Shown: positions 30,389 through 44,354 of the stretch, one piece after another | How positions within the stretch are numbered: the first letter of the stretch is position 1 | How the letters are laid out: every line of letters begins with the position of its first letter | Assembly (NCBI RefSeq): GCF_009914755.1 | Contig: NC_060938.1 | Origin: the human T2T-CHM13v2.0 reference genome, Homo sapiens | DNA: 64,000 nt | Reading direction: 5' to 3' (one strand) | Notes under the pieces: model-generated | Seen by the model: only the letters and a program-made list of their open reading frames with translations | Databases searched by the model: none | Told to the model about the DNA's origin: nothing | Translations under genes and position numbers: made by a program

Positions 30389-31860
30389 TTTGTCTTTGTT
30401 CCTCTTCTGTGGATCAGAGATGGAGAAAAATTGTAGCTCTTCACTTTCTCCCTCAGGTGGTTTACACAGGTTGGGGACATCTCAGTCAGATTGGTCTGAC
30501 TGAAAATGCTCAGACCCTTTACCTCTGAAATCTCTTTGTTCTTTGTCAAGCATCTCAGTGAAACACATTTACTCCACACAAGACCCCTGGATCCCCCTCT
30601 CATATCTGCTTAGCCTACGACCTTTGACACATTTCCTGAAAATGAGACATTTTATGTCATGCATATAGAAGGGTTGGTGAACATTTTACTAAAATTACCC
30701 AGTTCATCTTTTAAATCTGAAAAAATAAAATTCATAAAGGGCAAAAATAATACTAGCAAACTCTGTCTAGAAGATGAATATTTCCTAAGAGCATCTCATA
30801 TTATTTCATCCTGCCTCACCATGAGTCCTTTACATGTTGTAGGTACAAATGGAAATCAATTGCCAGAAATTGTTTTAATAAAAAATACTATGTATTTTGT
30901 CAATGATGTTATTTTTCTCTTAATATTATTTCTCATTTAAAGTTTTTACAATGCATGTTGAAAGCAGTATTAATAGTATTGAAAGACTAGTAACAAAATT
31001 GAGACACAAAAAGACCATTTCTAATGAGATAAATAAGTTGTAAGAACTTTTTAAGCATCTACTTGAAGGAAGAATACTTTTACATCCTAATTATATATGT
31101 TGACATTTGTGATGTTTAGATGGTGATTTTTAGGTCTTTATTTATAGGCTTACCCTCTGAGCAAAAATATCCATTTGTCGATTGTATTCATGTAACTAGC
31201 ATTTGTATAGTAATTTTACTTTGAAAGCGCTTTCAAATGTAAAATCTTATGTTAATCTTTAGGTCAACAAAGTGTTTCTAGCTAGAATTCTAAACTAGCC
31301 CTCAAGATTATAACCAGGCCTGGCTCATGGTTCCTGTCGCAGGAACCTCATCTTTCTGTATTGCTCACCATGCCTTAGCCACACTGACTCCTCCCCTTGC
31401 CTCCTGCCTGCAAACTTTCTAGAGGAGCTCAGAGTTTTGGATTGGGCAGGAATCAAGTCAAGCTGCAAGACAATTTTATTCTGTGCTCTATTTCTAGTAC
31501 TTCACGCCTCGAAAGAGACATTCATTAAAAAAGTGTTGAATTTAACAATGATGGAAACTACACTGAGAGATCAGATGCTTTTCTAATTCACGCATGTGGA
31601 CCAACACTTAGTATCGCAGGTGCCCTGATTCCTAGCCCAGTGTACTTTCAACAAGACCATTTCAACAATCTGCTTCAAAATATTCCCCTTCTCTGAATCT
31701 AGAGCTGCACTGGCAACATTAGAGAAGTTTTTCCTTAAAAAAAAAATTAACAGTTGTCCTTTTCTTTTTGCCCCTTGACAGGATTACAGACTAGTTACAT
31801 ACAGTAAATGGGTTGTGAAGGTGATGTCCATCGATCATTTTTTTCCTTTTTTTTTTGTAG

Positions 31861-32079
<219 letters not shown>

Positions 32080-33109
32080 TAAGTTTTTTTCTGTTCAATT
32101 TCTACTGAGTTTTATCAGTTCTAAGCTAATAGTACTCTTTATTTATTACTCTTCAAGACCGTTCGTACTGAAGTACTGGAAACAAGAACACCTGCTGGGA
32201 AATAAAGGCTAACCCTAGTTCTCAGCGTGGGCTACAAATTAGAATCACCCAGGGAACTACTGAAACAAGCAGATGGCAGGGCTTTACCCTGTGGGAGGGA
32301 CAGGCCCTGCAGAATCAGATCTTTTCAATTTCATATAAAATTCAACATCCTGCTTCCCCTTGGTTTGTTCACTTTTAGGCATTTGAAAGGGGAGATACAG
32401 GATTGAGATTTCATCTAAGAGGATAATATAACTTCATTGACATTAGTCACCAAGCTCTGTGTAGCAACAGTGTTTTTAATACCTTTTGTAGTCTACCTGT
32501 TTACACCAAAAAGACATTTCCTTTCCTGAGTCAAATTTTTGTTAAGTCAAAATCCTTCACTGTATCTCCAGCCACTTTTTAGCCAGTGAACTAGAAATAG
32601 ATTGGTGAAGAGCGTTGGTTCTAGCAGCCCTTCTTCAGTTTAAACTTGGGGAACTTTTAGAGATGTCTGGAAGAGGCACGCATTGCCTGCTGTGTTTTTG
32701 TGTCGCAGACATTTGTGTATTTCTCTTGCTGTCATTGAGGCTTCTCATTCATTTGTCCTTCGGAAGATCAATATTAGTTGTGAGAAGAATCCTAAAACAT
32801 AGAAAAAGTCATTACTGTTTTTTCCTCCTTGGATGGTAAATCAAATTCTGGATTTAGATAGAAAACAATCCCTTGTGGCTGTTTTAATTATATTGCTGCC
32901 ATTATTCATTTATCCAACAAATATTTATTCAGTGCCCACTAAGTACCAAGCGCTGTTCTGGGAAGAGCTGGCATTGTAATGACTGCAGAACTCTCTGGAG
33001 TAGTAGGAAAGGGCAGTAGGAAGGCTGCAGTTTGTGGTTGAATGCCAGTAGCAAAATAGGAAATGTGTGCCTTCTCACCCTGGAAATAGTGGAGTCAAAT
33101 CCTTAGGTC

Positions 33110-33360
33110 TGCAGCCTCTGTAGCCAGACTGCCTGGATTCACATCCTCAGGCCACACTTTACTAATATGATACCTTCTGCAGGTTACAAGTTACTTAATC
33201 TCCTAGCCTCAGCTTCCTCATGTTTCCATTTGTAAAAATAAAACAATAAGAGTATCTACCTCCTAGGTCAGTTGTTAAATGTTAACAGAGTTAATATGTG
33301 TGAAGTACATAGAGTAAGGCCCGGCCCAGGTAAGAGCTCAGTAAGCCTTGGTCACCATCA
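33110..33360 (+). mobile_element. MIR
   Basis: gccagactgcctggattc...aagttacttaatctc...cctcagcttcctca. Confidence 0.8.
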
Positions 33361-34064
33361 TATGCATTCTAAAACCACACTCTCCTTCACAGATTTGGAA
33401 AGCCCGTAGTTAACTAGGAAAATTTTTGAGCCAAATGCGAATGTTGAATTTGCCAGTGTGCCCCTTGTGGATTCTCTGATTATTGCCAGTACCCTCAGAA
33501 GGCCCTTGGTGGCCTGTGTGGCTAGCTGGTGGAGAGGTGGGCCCAGGCGGCAGGGCTGGACATTTGAAGACGCTGCTTGCTACTGCCCTGAACTCACTGC
33601 TGGCAGGAGAACTCTGCAGCCTCCTGAGATGGAATTGCAGCTCTTTGGACAGACTTTGCTTTGCAGCATTTTTGTGGTTTCTTCTTTGTGACAGGCAAGA
33701 GTGTGGGAAAACCGGAAACAGCTCAGCATCAAAAATGCACAGAAGGGGGGAAAAAGCGGAGATTTCTTCAGAATTTAAGTAATATAATCCAGGTATCAAA
33801 AGGCATGCTGTGAGGCGTTGTTCCAGGAAATAGTTTCCAATTTGCCTCTAAAACTCTAGGACAAGTCTCTGAAGCTAAGTTAATACTAATAAAGACTTGA
33901 ACATTCTCTCACTTACATGTGAAATGTACAGCGTTTTGGGGACCCCAGTGTTTTCAGATATTCTCCTGACTTTTAGGAAAAAGAATAGCATGGCTTTTCA
34001 TCTGAACAGTGAAAAGTTCCCCCTATGAAGTATCCTGATAAAGTTAAAAAAAAAAAAACAACTG

Positions 34065-34382
<318 letters not shown>

Positions 34383-34384
34383 CT

Positions 34385-34669
<285 letters not shown>

Positions 34670-34904
34670 TCACGTACCACTTGCCCAGTGTTTTTTCCAT
34701 TGTTAACATCTGACATTGCCATGGGGCATTTGAGGAATGTACCATACCAGGAAACTGTCATTGGCACATTACTATGAACTAAACCCCATACTTTATTTGG
34801 ACTGATGAAGTAATTTTTTTAATCTAGAGAAGCTTTTCATGGCTCTCGAAATCAGGATCCTGAGGATCAGTTGATATATTCTCACTGTTCTGTAGTAATT
34901 CTTG

Positions 34905-35080
34905 TTCCTAGCCAGCATAGCAAGTTACTCAACATCTCTGTGACTCAGTTTCCTATTTTAAAATGGGAATAGTAATAGTACCTGCCTCATAGGGTTATTA
35001 AGATAAATGAATTGATGAATGTCAAGCACAAATACAGTGCCTGGTATGTAATACATACTAAATCAGTGTTAGGTACTATT
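34905..35080 (+). mobile_element. MIR
   Basis: caagttactcaacatctctgtgactcagtttcct...tagtacctgcctcatagggtt. Confidence 0.8.
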
Positions 35081-35875
35081 ATGCATTTCAAGAAATTTTC
35101 ATGTAAATTTTTTACTTTCTTCCTACAAGATGTGTTGCTTCATTTGCTTGGATCTTACTGTGGCCTTTACTCCGGCTCAGTTCAGATTAATCAGGAACCC
35201 TCAGTTATGACTGGTGATACTGAGTCACACTCAGGAATGCCATAGTCGCCTCAAGAGACACAACTAATGAGAAGTTGTAATGAGCTTTTGACCATGCCAA
35301 GCCCTGTGTTTTTGGGTTGAACTTCAAACTTCTTCTAGCACAGAAGTTGGCATTAGACAAATATAGAAGCAATTTCCAAGAGCATCAAAGTTTCCACATC
35401 CTAGAGGGTTGAGTTTTGAGTTTAGAGAAGAATAGAACGTTAAAGATGGAATGTCACTTGGATTTTGGTGCAAAGGGAGTTGAGAATCAGAACAGTGGGG
35501 TCCTGTTTCTTTATGATAATACTCAAGTTGCTTTCCCTCTAAAGGTTTCATTTTACCATCTGTAAAACGAAACCCACTGTCCCTACTGAATAATTAACCA
35601 AAATGACTTGTTTTCTGTCTATTCCATTGAAAGCTTTTTTATGAGCACATTTGCTCTTTAATCCTGATGCTTTCAAGCCATTTTCCTCAGCCCCTCTTGT
35701 CCCAGCAGTTCTTTGTTGTAGTTCTCAAATTCATATACTTGTATTTCATTTAGCTAAATCTTATTTGTCAGTTCTGTGAAGGGAATGATTTAAAATTTTT
35801 TTTTTTACCATTTTCCTGGTGCCAATAATCTTTCTTGATTTTCTTCTCCAATGTTTGCAACACTTCATAATTTAG

Positions 35876-35936
35876 TACCCGCTTCAGATCCTCCTTTCAA
35901 AACTATTTGTGGTATTTCTTCCAAGCAGTCAGCTGA
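35876..35936 (+). CDS. TTLL5: TTLL5 alternative last exon D, coding part: (N)TRFRSSFQNYLWYFFQAVS*
   Basis: Acceptor tttag| at 35875 after a pyrimidine-rich stretch. Phase fits exon B (AA|T = Asn). TGA at 35934-35936. Matches my recollection of a shorter TTLL5 isoform tail. Confidence 0.72.
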
Positions 35937-36457
35937 ACTGAGGACGACAGCCTACAAACAACTACATGCATCTGAACTGTCTCTTGTAAATGAGCTTTTT
36001 TCAGAGCCAGAATCATACTCTCCAGGAAATATGGAGAAAGAAACCTGAGGAGATTGAAGTTTGCCAGGCACAAGGGCAAAACTCAGACTGAATGAATTTG
36101 AAAGGGTGGGGCCAAAGATGTTGTAACCTGGGAGACTTCTCTGAAGAAAGAAAACTGTTTAAGAAACACAGACTGAACTGCAGTACTTTTCCTTAAATAG
36201 CTGAGATGACCTTCTTTACCCTGGGCTTAGGTGATTCTCATCAGGGTGACCTGAGTGGAAGTTGGTGGTAACGACTGTTCTGTGTCAGCACCCAGGACAG
36301 TGGTGTCTGTTAAGGCTGCCAGGGATTAGCAGGGAGGAAAGCCATCAGGACTGGGTAGCCTGGTAGCACCAAATCCCAATTAATGTTACCTGAACATGTG
36401 GTGAGGTCAGCCGTATGATGAAAGATGTTTAAGAGATTAATGTCAGAAGAATATGAA

Positions 36458-36463
36458 AATAAA
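36458..36463 (+). terminator. AATAAA poly(A) signal of alternative last exon D
   Basis: AATAAA ~520 nt after the exon D stop, followed by a U-rich stretch (tgttatatcttttt) after the likely cleavage region ~36475-36480. Confidence 0.6.
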
Positions 36464-37810
36464 CACCGGCTTAAAAAATGTTATATCTTTTTAACATATG
36501 AGTCATTAAAGTGAGAAGATTTAAGGGCAAAGTAATTAGGACTTAATAATTGTCCAAAAGTTCTTGAGGTGAGCATAGAAGATACCATATTGTGTGTTAA
36601 CCATGTTCTGCCAGCTTTTTATTATGTGCAGTTTCAAGAAACATAGTTGAATCTATAACATATTCATCCTTAATACAGGCTTCTCTACATTATGCATTTC
36701 CAAGGTAGGTAATTATAAAATGTTTTTGGTAGAAGATAAAGGGATGGAGGCATAGTTGTGGGGATATGAGTACAACAAGGTACGCAGGTGTTCAGTGGCT
36801 GAGCTCAAACTGGAACTTATATGACCCGCTGTGCTCACCTCAGACTCTTCCCCCTACATCACTGATTTCAAAGGTCCCTGCCAATCTATTCATCTATATC
36901 TGTCTGTACAGCAAATGGCAGATCAATTATCCTAAAATATTGCTTTTGAAGAAAATACAATGTATGCACTTAGGAACTCACTCCTCTCTTTTTCCATACC
37001 AGTTTTACCACTTAAATGACCAGGAAATGCTGAAAATGAAATACTCAAAAGGAGGAAGAATTAATGCCACTCGTATTAGAGGTGCTGGGGGAATTTCTTT
37101 TAGATGTAGCACAGGAAGACTGGATTGAAGAACAACATGGAGGGCTTTTGTATAGTGTCTTCTGGGAGAGTGCATTCTAGGAAATGAAAGGGAAACCTGG
37201 AATACTGCAGACAATAATACCCTCTGACTCTGAGGGGCAGGGCCTGAGGGTAGAAAGGACATGAGCGCCAGTCAGGAGCTCTGCCACTTAGACTCTCTGT
37301 CTTCTAGTAATCCTCGTCATTTGGACCTCAGTGGTGGCATTAGGAGGTCTCTGGGGTTGCTTTTGGCATGGACAGTGACGTCAGTCAGAGGGATGGGTGC
37401 TACAACCACACCTAATCAAAAGTTGCGTGATGGTGTGTGTCTCATTGGGGAGGAAAGCTACATGAGAGTCATGGAATGATGGGTCTTCCCTTGCTGATTC
37501 ATATTGGCATAATTTAAATTAAAATCTGACTTCTCATGCCTGCCTCCTGGGATGTTAAAATGGTTGTCGAAATGGTAATATAACTGCTGGATATTTCCCA
37601 TCCCTCACTTCCCTCGTCCTTCACCTGAGTATGAAAACGCTTTTTTAAAAGATTTTGGCAGGAATTTATGCTAACCTCTGACAGAATCCATCCACATCAG
37701 TTTCTCCGTGAATATAAACCCTTGGCAAATTTAGACCTTCTTTAAGGATGAGCAAATACTGGAATATCTTGGGGCCTGGCAATAGGTGGTATAGCTTAAA
37801 AGAAGGCTTC

Positions 37811-38125
37811 AGTTGGGCACAGTGGCTCAGGCTGGGCATGGTGGCTCATGCCTGTAATCCCAGTGCTTTGGGAGGCCGAGGCGGGTGGGTCATGAGGTCA
37901 GGAGTTCGAGACCAGCCTGGCCAACATGGTAAAAGCCCGTCTCTGCTAGAAATACAAAAAATTAGCTGGGCATGGTGGCGGGTGCCTGTAATCCCAGCTA
38001 CTCAGGAGGCCGAGGCTGGAGAATCGCTTGAACCTGGGAGGCAGAGATTTGCAGTGAGCTGAGATCACACCACTGCACTCCAGCCTGGGCAACAGAGAGA
38101 GACTGTCTCCGAAAAAAAAAAAAAA
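37811..38125 (+). mobile_element. Alu (AluSg-like) with an extra 19-nt Alu head
   Basis: TSD aaaagaaggcttca encloses both heads. Confidence 0.93.
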
Positions 38126-38720
38126 GAAGGCTTCATGGAGAAGATTCAGAGGCTTCTAACCTCTGGAATGAGTTTAAGCAAGAAATAATAACATTTTAGA
38201 AAATACCTAATGTGTATTCTTAACAAAATGTAAGAGTAGAGAGCATCTGTGTGGAGAACTAGACAAAGCTATCATATAAAAGGAGCAAGGGGCCTGCAGT
38301 CAGGGAGGATTGCACAGAGATGAGAACTACGTAAGTGAAAAATTGGGCTGAACACAGTGAATAGAAATTGGCCACTGCAGAAAATTGAATTCGCAAACTA
38401 AAAGACAAATGCCAAAAATTTGAGGAGGAAGTATACAAAGATAAAACTGATGACAGAAAAGACAGATTCAACCTAAAATAACAAATTCCAGAAAGAGAAT
38501 AGAAATAATAGTCAGTAGTATAGGCAAAAAAGACCCAAGATAAGGACATAAAGGGATTAGTTAATAAGATTAAATCAATAGATACATAACTTTGTGCCCT
38601 ACAGAGATCTTGTGGAATAGTTTTCTAAACTGGAACGTTTCAATTAAGTCCTCAAAAAGTAGAAATTATACATGCCTCATTCTCAGACCACTTTACAGTA
38701 AAATGAGATATTAAATATAA

Positions 38721-39234
<514 letters not shown>

Positions 39235-39821
39235 TCAATAGATAAACTGGCTTCAGGTGATTGCCCAGTGTTGTTTTGGAAAGACCCATGAGGACTTCCC
39301 TGAGCTCAGCAAAAAAGAGTGCTTTGATAGGTTAGTAGCATCCGCCACACATAGGGAAGATGCTGAGAGTCGTGAATAGGCCGCATATTTGTCATAACTG
39401 AAGTAAGCTTTTATCACATGAAGTTAGAAAAGGAACCATAAAACAAAGCTAAGAAAAACAGATTTAAGGAAATTAAGAAGAAAAGTAATATAAAGTGAAA
39501 AGCAAGCAGTAAAATTAGTTAAGTTCAAAACCTTATTTAGTTTGGGTCAGGGGAACCCAGAAGAAGAAAATAAACATACTTCTGCCAGAAGAATAAGAGC
39601 AGTAAACATAAGAAAAATACTTTAAAAGTAGATATAGAAGAGACTGAAAAATTAGGAGAACACGGCACACTATGTACAATTTTAAAAACTAAATGAAAGA
39701 TAATATTTTGAAAAATATCAAGTATAAATTGGTTCTTCTTGAAGAAAAAGAAGATTTAACTAGAACATAGAACAAGTGGAAATTTTCAAACTGCCTAAAT
39801 TGGTTCTTCTTAAACACATGA

Positions 39822-40194
<373 letters not shown>

Positions 40195-40778
40195 CATTTT
40201 TCTGAAATCTTTGGAGGCTTCCAGGTGCGCACAAGATAAAGTTGAGAGTCCTGACTCTGACATTCAAGCCTTCTGCAATATGACCTCTCTCCTGTCTCCT
40301 GCCTTCTTCATACTCTATCACCGCTTTGCACACAGACTGTTCCACACACATGCTTCCCATTCTTTGTTCCTACATATCCATGTCATCTCTGCAGAGTGCC
40401 CTTAGGCCTCTTGAACCTAAGTCCTGCCTTTAATTCAAGATTGGGTTTTAGTGTCTCACCTTGGTGCATCCTTCCCAGCTGCCCCTTCCTCACCTCCTCA
40501 TCTGACTCTGCCATCTACCTCCTGGTTTTATTTTTCCTTTTTTCATATGTTCTGCTTTCTATAGCTCTCTCAAAGACAGATACCCTGTCTTCACCCTTTC
40601 ATCACATATATATTGAATGTCTGTTTTGCTCAACATTGCCCTAGACAGCAGTGTCCAATGGTGATAACACCAGTGGACAAGACAGATCAGATCTCTGCTT
40701 GCATGGTTTGTTTTTGAGAGAAGGGATAAACTCATTCCCAGTGCCTGAGATAGCTTATATTCGTAAGTTCTCAGCAAA

Positions 40779-40843
40779 TGGCAGTGGTGATGGTGGAGAT
40801 GGAAGTGGTGGAGATAGTGATGGCAGTGGTGGTGGTGACATGG
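40779..40843 (+). repeat. Degenerate (GGT/GAT/AGT)n low-complexity repeat
   Basis: tggcagtggtgatggtggagatggaagtggtggagatagtgatggcagtggtggtggtg. Confidence 0.8.
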
Positions 40844-41644
40844 TATTCTGTGTCAAGTCATATGCATCAAAGATCAGTAAATAACAATGATCTCATTATT
40901 TATGCCTTGTAGAGTAGCGTATGGGAGACAGTAGAGTACAGTTGTTAATAGCCTGGAATTTGAAATGGGATTCGGATTCTGGTTCCTTGGCTTAACTAAC
41001 TTTTCTAGAGATAGCGCTAAGCTTCTGTTTCATTATCTATAAAATATCACTTATGTCTTGGAGTTGTTCATAGGGTTAAATGAGATAATGTGTTTCCCTG
41101 ACATATATTGCATCCAATGTCTGCTGGTCAGCGTAGTTGTATTCTGCAGCTGCTCTTGTTTCCTACTAAAAGAAATCACATTTGTTTTGTTGGTAGGTTG
41201 TTATTTATAAGTGTGATTTGGTTCTGCTGGTGAGCCTGTGGAAATTTAAACATATTCTGATTTCCTCAACACTAATAACTCTAAAGGCAATTGAAGACAA
41301 AGGCTCAGTTTCAAACAAAAGAAAAAATTAGATTTGGAGTTACTGACTTCCAGGCCAGTTGGCTCCCAAAGTTCACACTTTCACATCCATTTCCCCCCTG
41401 TGCTGCAAATACATAGCTATGATGGATGAACATTTAAAGAAGAAAACCTACGGGACTTAGCTGTGCTTCAAAACAAGGCACATATCTCCTTGGCCCCAAA
41501 ATATACCAAAATAAACGAGAATCAATGAATGAAGCTGAAGCTACAGGCTTTCTGAAGCAGGCAGTGGCAAGCTCCTGTGTCATATTGGGAGCTGAAAGTG
41601 CCCTACAAGAGGAGAACCTAAAGCCACGCTCATTACTTGAAAAT

Positions 41645-41856
41645 AATTGATTTTCAACCTGGGACAGTTTCCCCCCCAGGAGACATTTGGCAATATCTGG
41701 AGACATTTATACTTGTCATAACTGGGGGAGTGCGACTGGCATCTAGTGGGTAGACTCTACAGATCCTGCTGAGCATCCTGCAAAGCGCAGAACAGTCCCT
41801 CACTACAAAGAATTATCCAGCCCAACATGTCAGTAGTGGCAAGGTTGAAAACCCTG
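41645..41856 (+). mobile_element. MER20
   Basis: ggagacatttggcaatatctggagacattt...ctggcatctagtgggtaga...aaggttgaaaaccctg. Confidence 0.85.
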
Positions 41857-42712
41857 CACTGAAGGATGCAGTGTGCCCTCCTAATGGGAGAGTAGTAAAA
41901 CTGGCATGAACCGACTAACTGAGTCTGTCTTTATATGAGACTATGGGCCTTACAGAGTCAGGAAGGCAATGACATACCCTTCCAACTGTTCCTGTCTCAA
42001 AACTGCCTTTGGTTTCTAAATATCACTGAGGCAAGTGCCCCAAAATGCCACCATAATGCCTGGTTTGGGGCTGGTGTCAGGGGTCTGGGTGAAGGCAACT
42101 ATATAATCTTCAGACACGGAGGAATGAGCAAGCACAGAGACCAGGGCGGGGAATGATTCCCATTCAAAATAAGCCCGCAAACCAAAATTCCAAAACACAT
42201 GAAAAAATCTAATTCTAAGAAAGATTGCCAGGAAAATCAAGAACTGGAACGTGAATTCTTTACAGATAAATTAATACTTTAAAACAGTCAGACATGTTAG
42301 ATCATGTGTCTAATAGGAGTATCTCGTGGAACATGATATGTGACTCTGATAGGAGTATCACAAAAAAGACCTAAAGGATAATTGGACAAGCAACGCTTTT
42401 AGAAAATGACAGAATTTTCCAGAATTGAAGAAGACATGAGTCCTCAGCTAAAAAATTCATTCATGTACCAAAATAAATGTACCTCTAGACACATCATAGT
42501 AGCAAGAAACCAGAACATTAAGCGTAGAGAGAAGTCTAAATATTACCAGGGAGAAAATCTGCGTAAATGACAAAGGAACACAGAGTACCAGCATTCTTCT
42601 CCTCAGCAGTAATGAGTGCTAGAAAACAGTAGCCAATTACTTCGAAGTGTTGATAATAAACTTTCAGTCTAGAATTTTATACATAGCTAAACTGGCATTC
42701 AAGAGTGAAGGC

Positions 42713-43016
42713 GGCTGGGCACAGTGGCTCACGCCTGTAATCCCAGCACTTTGGGAGGCCGAGGTGGGCGGATCACGAGGTCAGGAGATCGAGACCATCC
42801 TGGCTAACACGTTGAAACCCCATCTCTACTAAAAATACAAAAAATTAGCTGGGCGGGGTGGCGCACGCCTGTAATCCCAGCCACTCAGGATGCTGAGGCA
42901 GGAGAATTGCTTGAACCTGGGAGGCATAGGTTACAGTGAGCCAAGATCGTGCCACTGCACTCCAGCGTGGGCAACAGAGCGAGACTCCATCTCAAAAAAA
43001 AAAAAAAAAAAAAAAA
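42713..43016 (+). mobile_element. Alu (AluSc/Y-like)
   Basis: TSD agtgaaggc. Confidence 0.95.
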
Positions 43017-43451
43017 TAGTGAAGGCAAAATAAAAATAATTTGAGACATTCAAAGTCTAAGAGTATACCTGAAATTCAAACTAGGAAATAGTAAAGACTG
43101 TATAGAGATAGAAGTGAATCCAGAAGTATTAGGCAACAAGAAACAATGAAATACAACAAATCCGTAAAATGTCAATAAATGTTAATGACTATAAAATAAT
43201 TATTGGTCTTTAAGAAGATGAAAACCATTTAGAGATAACAAAGATAAGATACAGGGACCTAGAGTATTTAATTGATAAGGGTCCGTGTCGACTTTGAGGT
43301 CAGGACAGAAATACTGAATGACTTTACACTTAGGAAAAAATAGCTAAATAATTAAGATGCAGGCTGTAGTGTTCAAACCAATAGAGCAGGGAAAGGGAAA
43401 TGTAGATACTTTATTAATTCAGTGGAAGATAGGAAAGTTAGAAGCAAAGGA

Positions 43452-43744
43452 GGCTGGGCACAGTGGCTCATGCCTGTAATCCTAGCACTTTGGGAGGCCA
43501 AGACAGGTGGATCACCTGAGGTTAGGGGTTCGAAACCAGCCTGGCCAACATGGTGAATCCCCATCTCTACTAAAAATACAAAAAATTAGCTGGGCGTTAT
43601 GGCGCATGCCTGTAATCCCAGCTACTCGGGAGGCTGAGGCAGGAGAATCTCTTGAACCCAGGAGGCTGAGGTTGCAGTGAGCCGAGATCACACGCCACTG
43701 CACTTCAGCCTGGGCGACAGAGCAAGACTCTGTCTCAAAAAAAA
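43452..43744 (+). mobile_element. Alu (AluS)
   Basis: Full dimer. Confidence 0.95.
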
Positions 43745-44295
43745 GCAAAAGAAAAGGATGATAAATAGAAAACAAAAACTAAGATAGTAGAAATGAGTCC
43801 AAATATACAAGTAACCAAAATAAATGTTGACAAATTAAACTCTTCCATTAAAAAAGAGATGATCAAATTGCATCTTTTTAAAAACTTAAGTTATTGGCTA
43901 CATGAAAGAGACATACATAAAGTAAAATATCAACAAAAGATAGACAATAAAAGGTTGGAAAAGAGCAATTATGAAATACTAATCAGAAGGAAAACTGGTA
44001 TAGCAATATTAATGCCAGATAAAATATAGCAAAAATCACTAAGGAATAAAGAAAAGCACTTGTATGCACTTAACATCATAAACTTAAAAATATAGAAACC
44101 AAAAGCTGACAAAATTATAAGGAGAAACTTGCAAATCATTAATATTAGTGGGTAATTTATTTGAATATACTTCTGTCAGTAACAACTCAAAAATTACTGA
44201 AGACTTGAATATTTGAAATGCAGAATTAACATTTTGCTTTAATAAGTGGGTTTTCATCTTTTTGGACCAGCACTTAAAATAGAAAATACATTTTA

Positions 44296-44354
44296 GGGGC
44301 ACATGTTCTCAGGACTTCCTGAGGGGTATGTCATGGGCGAAATGATCTAAAAAA
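44296..44354 (+). mobile_element. Tiny retroposed MER4/LTR8-family LTR fragment with A tail and TSD
   Basis: gggcacatgttctcaggacttcctgaggggtatgtcatgggc + A tail; TSD agaaaatacatttta / agaaaaaacatttta. Confidence 0.65.

Noticed and set aside
35851-36048. 65-aa ORF over exon D
   Set aside because: Not the frame imposed by splicing from exon B, which ends at TGA 35934-35936.
39725-39811. 16-bp direct repeat taaattggttcttctt about 70 bp apart
   Set aside because: Lies in decayed AT-rich L1 sequence with no recognisable insert or A tail between the copies; likely a trivial local duplication.
40651-40884. Gly/Asp/Ser-rich ORF
   Set aside because: Translation of a low-complexity GGT/GAT repeat.
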